From the IMG/VR virus record IMGVR_UViG_2690316225_000012: a stretch of DNA of 7,480 nt. The stretch is one strand, 5' to 3'. Source of the DNA: a virus. Lineage: Duplodnaviria > Heunggongvirae > Uroviricota > Caudoviricetes. Within the stretch, counting starts at the first letter, position 1. Each line of letters begins with the position of its first letter. Under the pieces are notes generated by a model. That model made no database searches. It saw only the letters and a list, made by a program, of their open reading frames with translations, and had not been told where the DNA came from. A program made the translations under genes and the position numbers. This document shows positions 6,432 to 7,480 of this stretch, piece by piece.

Positions 6432-6818
6432 TTAACTTTGGTGTATGTCTTGGTAAGTCTCATCCGTCAGAGCCAATTTCATGCAAATATCATCGTTAAG
6501 ACTGACAATATCTACTTCTCCCAAACCAAGGTTTTCGAGAGCCGTTTTCACCGTGCCATCAGATTTGATATCGCCAAACGGATTCTTGCGGCTTAACAGC
6601 AGCGCACGAAGCGCGGTAAGCAGCTGGTCATGCCGCCCCTTCTCCAGGCTGGCACCGGATGCCTCCACCACGCTGCAGAGTTCTTCCTGCAACATGTCAA
6701 AGTAGTCATCATCCAGATCGGTGGCAGGTGTGCCGGTCTGGGGGTTACCACGGGTAAAACCGTTCTTACCCGCGCCGAACTTATCCTTCTGCGCGGTTTT
6801 CGTGTCTATACGATGCAT
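6432..6818 (-). CDS. Side tail-fibre N-terminal constant domain, fused in this arrangement to a 27-aa tail copied from orf114 (truncated fibre)
   Basis: ATG at 6816-6818 with GGAG 7 nt upstream, 3 nt after the YmfQ-like stop. [21 protein letters not shown]...[10 protein letters not shown] looks like a fibre N-terminal domain and ends in the GLGE crossover-site codons. The ORF then runs into the inverted repeat and ends [27 protein letters not shown], identical to the orf114 C-terminus. Confidence 0.7.
   Translation of the reverse strand: MHRIDTKTAQKDKFGAGKNGFTRGNPQTGTPATDLDDDYFDMLQEELCSVVEASGASLEKGRHDQLLTALRALLLSRKNPFGDIKSDGTVKTALENLGLGEVDIVSLNDDICMKLALTDETYQDIHQS
6516..6541. other. 26-bp invertase crossover site 3, inside the fibre constant-domain gene
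   Basis: TTCTCCCAAACC-AA-GGTTTTCGAGAG: the left half-site is identical to that of site 2, the right half-site is fibre-specific; encodes LENLGLGE in the fibre frame; 2 nt from the inverted-repeat boundary. Confidence 0.7.
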
Positions 6819-6821
6819 GGA

Positions 6822-7479
<658 letters not shown>

Positions 7480-7480
7480 C

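Larger units (their letters stand above)
5301..6513. repeat. Right arm of the 1,213-bp inverted repeat (partner 2171-3383)
   Basis: Reverse complement of 2171-3383 (see left arm). The outer boundary at 6513 lies 2 nt from crossover site 3. Confidence 0.9.

Noticed and set aside
2171-6513. Composite transposon or IS element bounded by the 1.2-kb inverted repeats
   Set aside because: The repeats encode a serine invertase, not a transposase; there is no target-site duplication (flanks GATCGA vs ACTTCT); and the repeat ends coincide with invertase crossover sites.

Overview
This window is a phage-derived tail-fibre host-range inversion locus of the e14/Mu/P1 (Pin/Gin/Cin) type, sitting next to AT-rich cargo of unknown function. 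From left to right: (1) a gene 3' end with an intrinsic terminator (2-140); (2) about 700 bp with no ORF, holding two ~180-bp-period direct repeat units rich in GTGAACA/TTCACC motifs and A/T tracts (116-470) and a strong terminator (744-769); (3) an AT-rich two-gene cassette, orf343 (central hydrophobic segment) and orf114, both unrecognised; (4) a 1,213-bp inverted repeat (2171-3383 and 5301-6513), identical wherever I compared it, each copy carrying a complete Pin-family serine invertase gene, a 70-aa ORF, a hairpin terminator and the last 82 bp of orf114; (5) between the repeats, a 1.9-kb segment with two convergent tail-fibre C-terminal cassettes and two tail-fibre assembly genes; (6) on the right, a tail-fibre N-terminal constant-domain gene and a YmfQ-like tail gene. 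Three 26-bp hix/gix/pix-like crossover sites are present (3357-3382, 5302-5327, 6516-6541), each encoding GLGE in the fibre reading frame. In the arrangement captured here the fibre constant domain is fused to a 27-aa peptide copied from orf114, not to either variable cassette. The duplicated invertase, the third crossover site and the unrecognised cargo are the main points of interest. All calls rest on reading the sequence and the supplied ORF translations; no database search was run.
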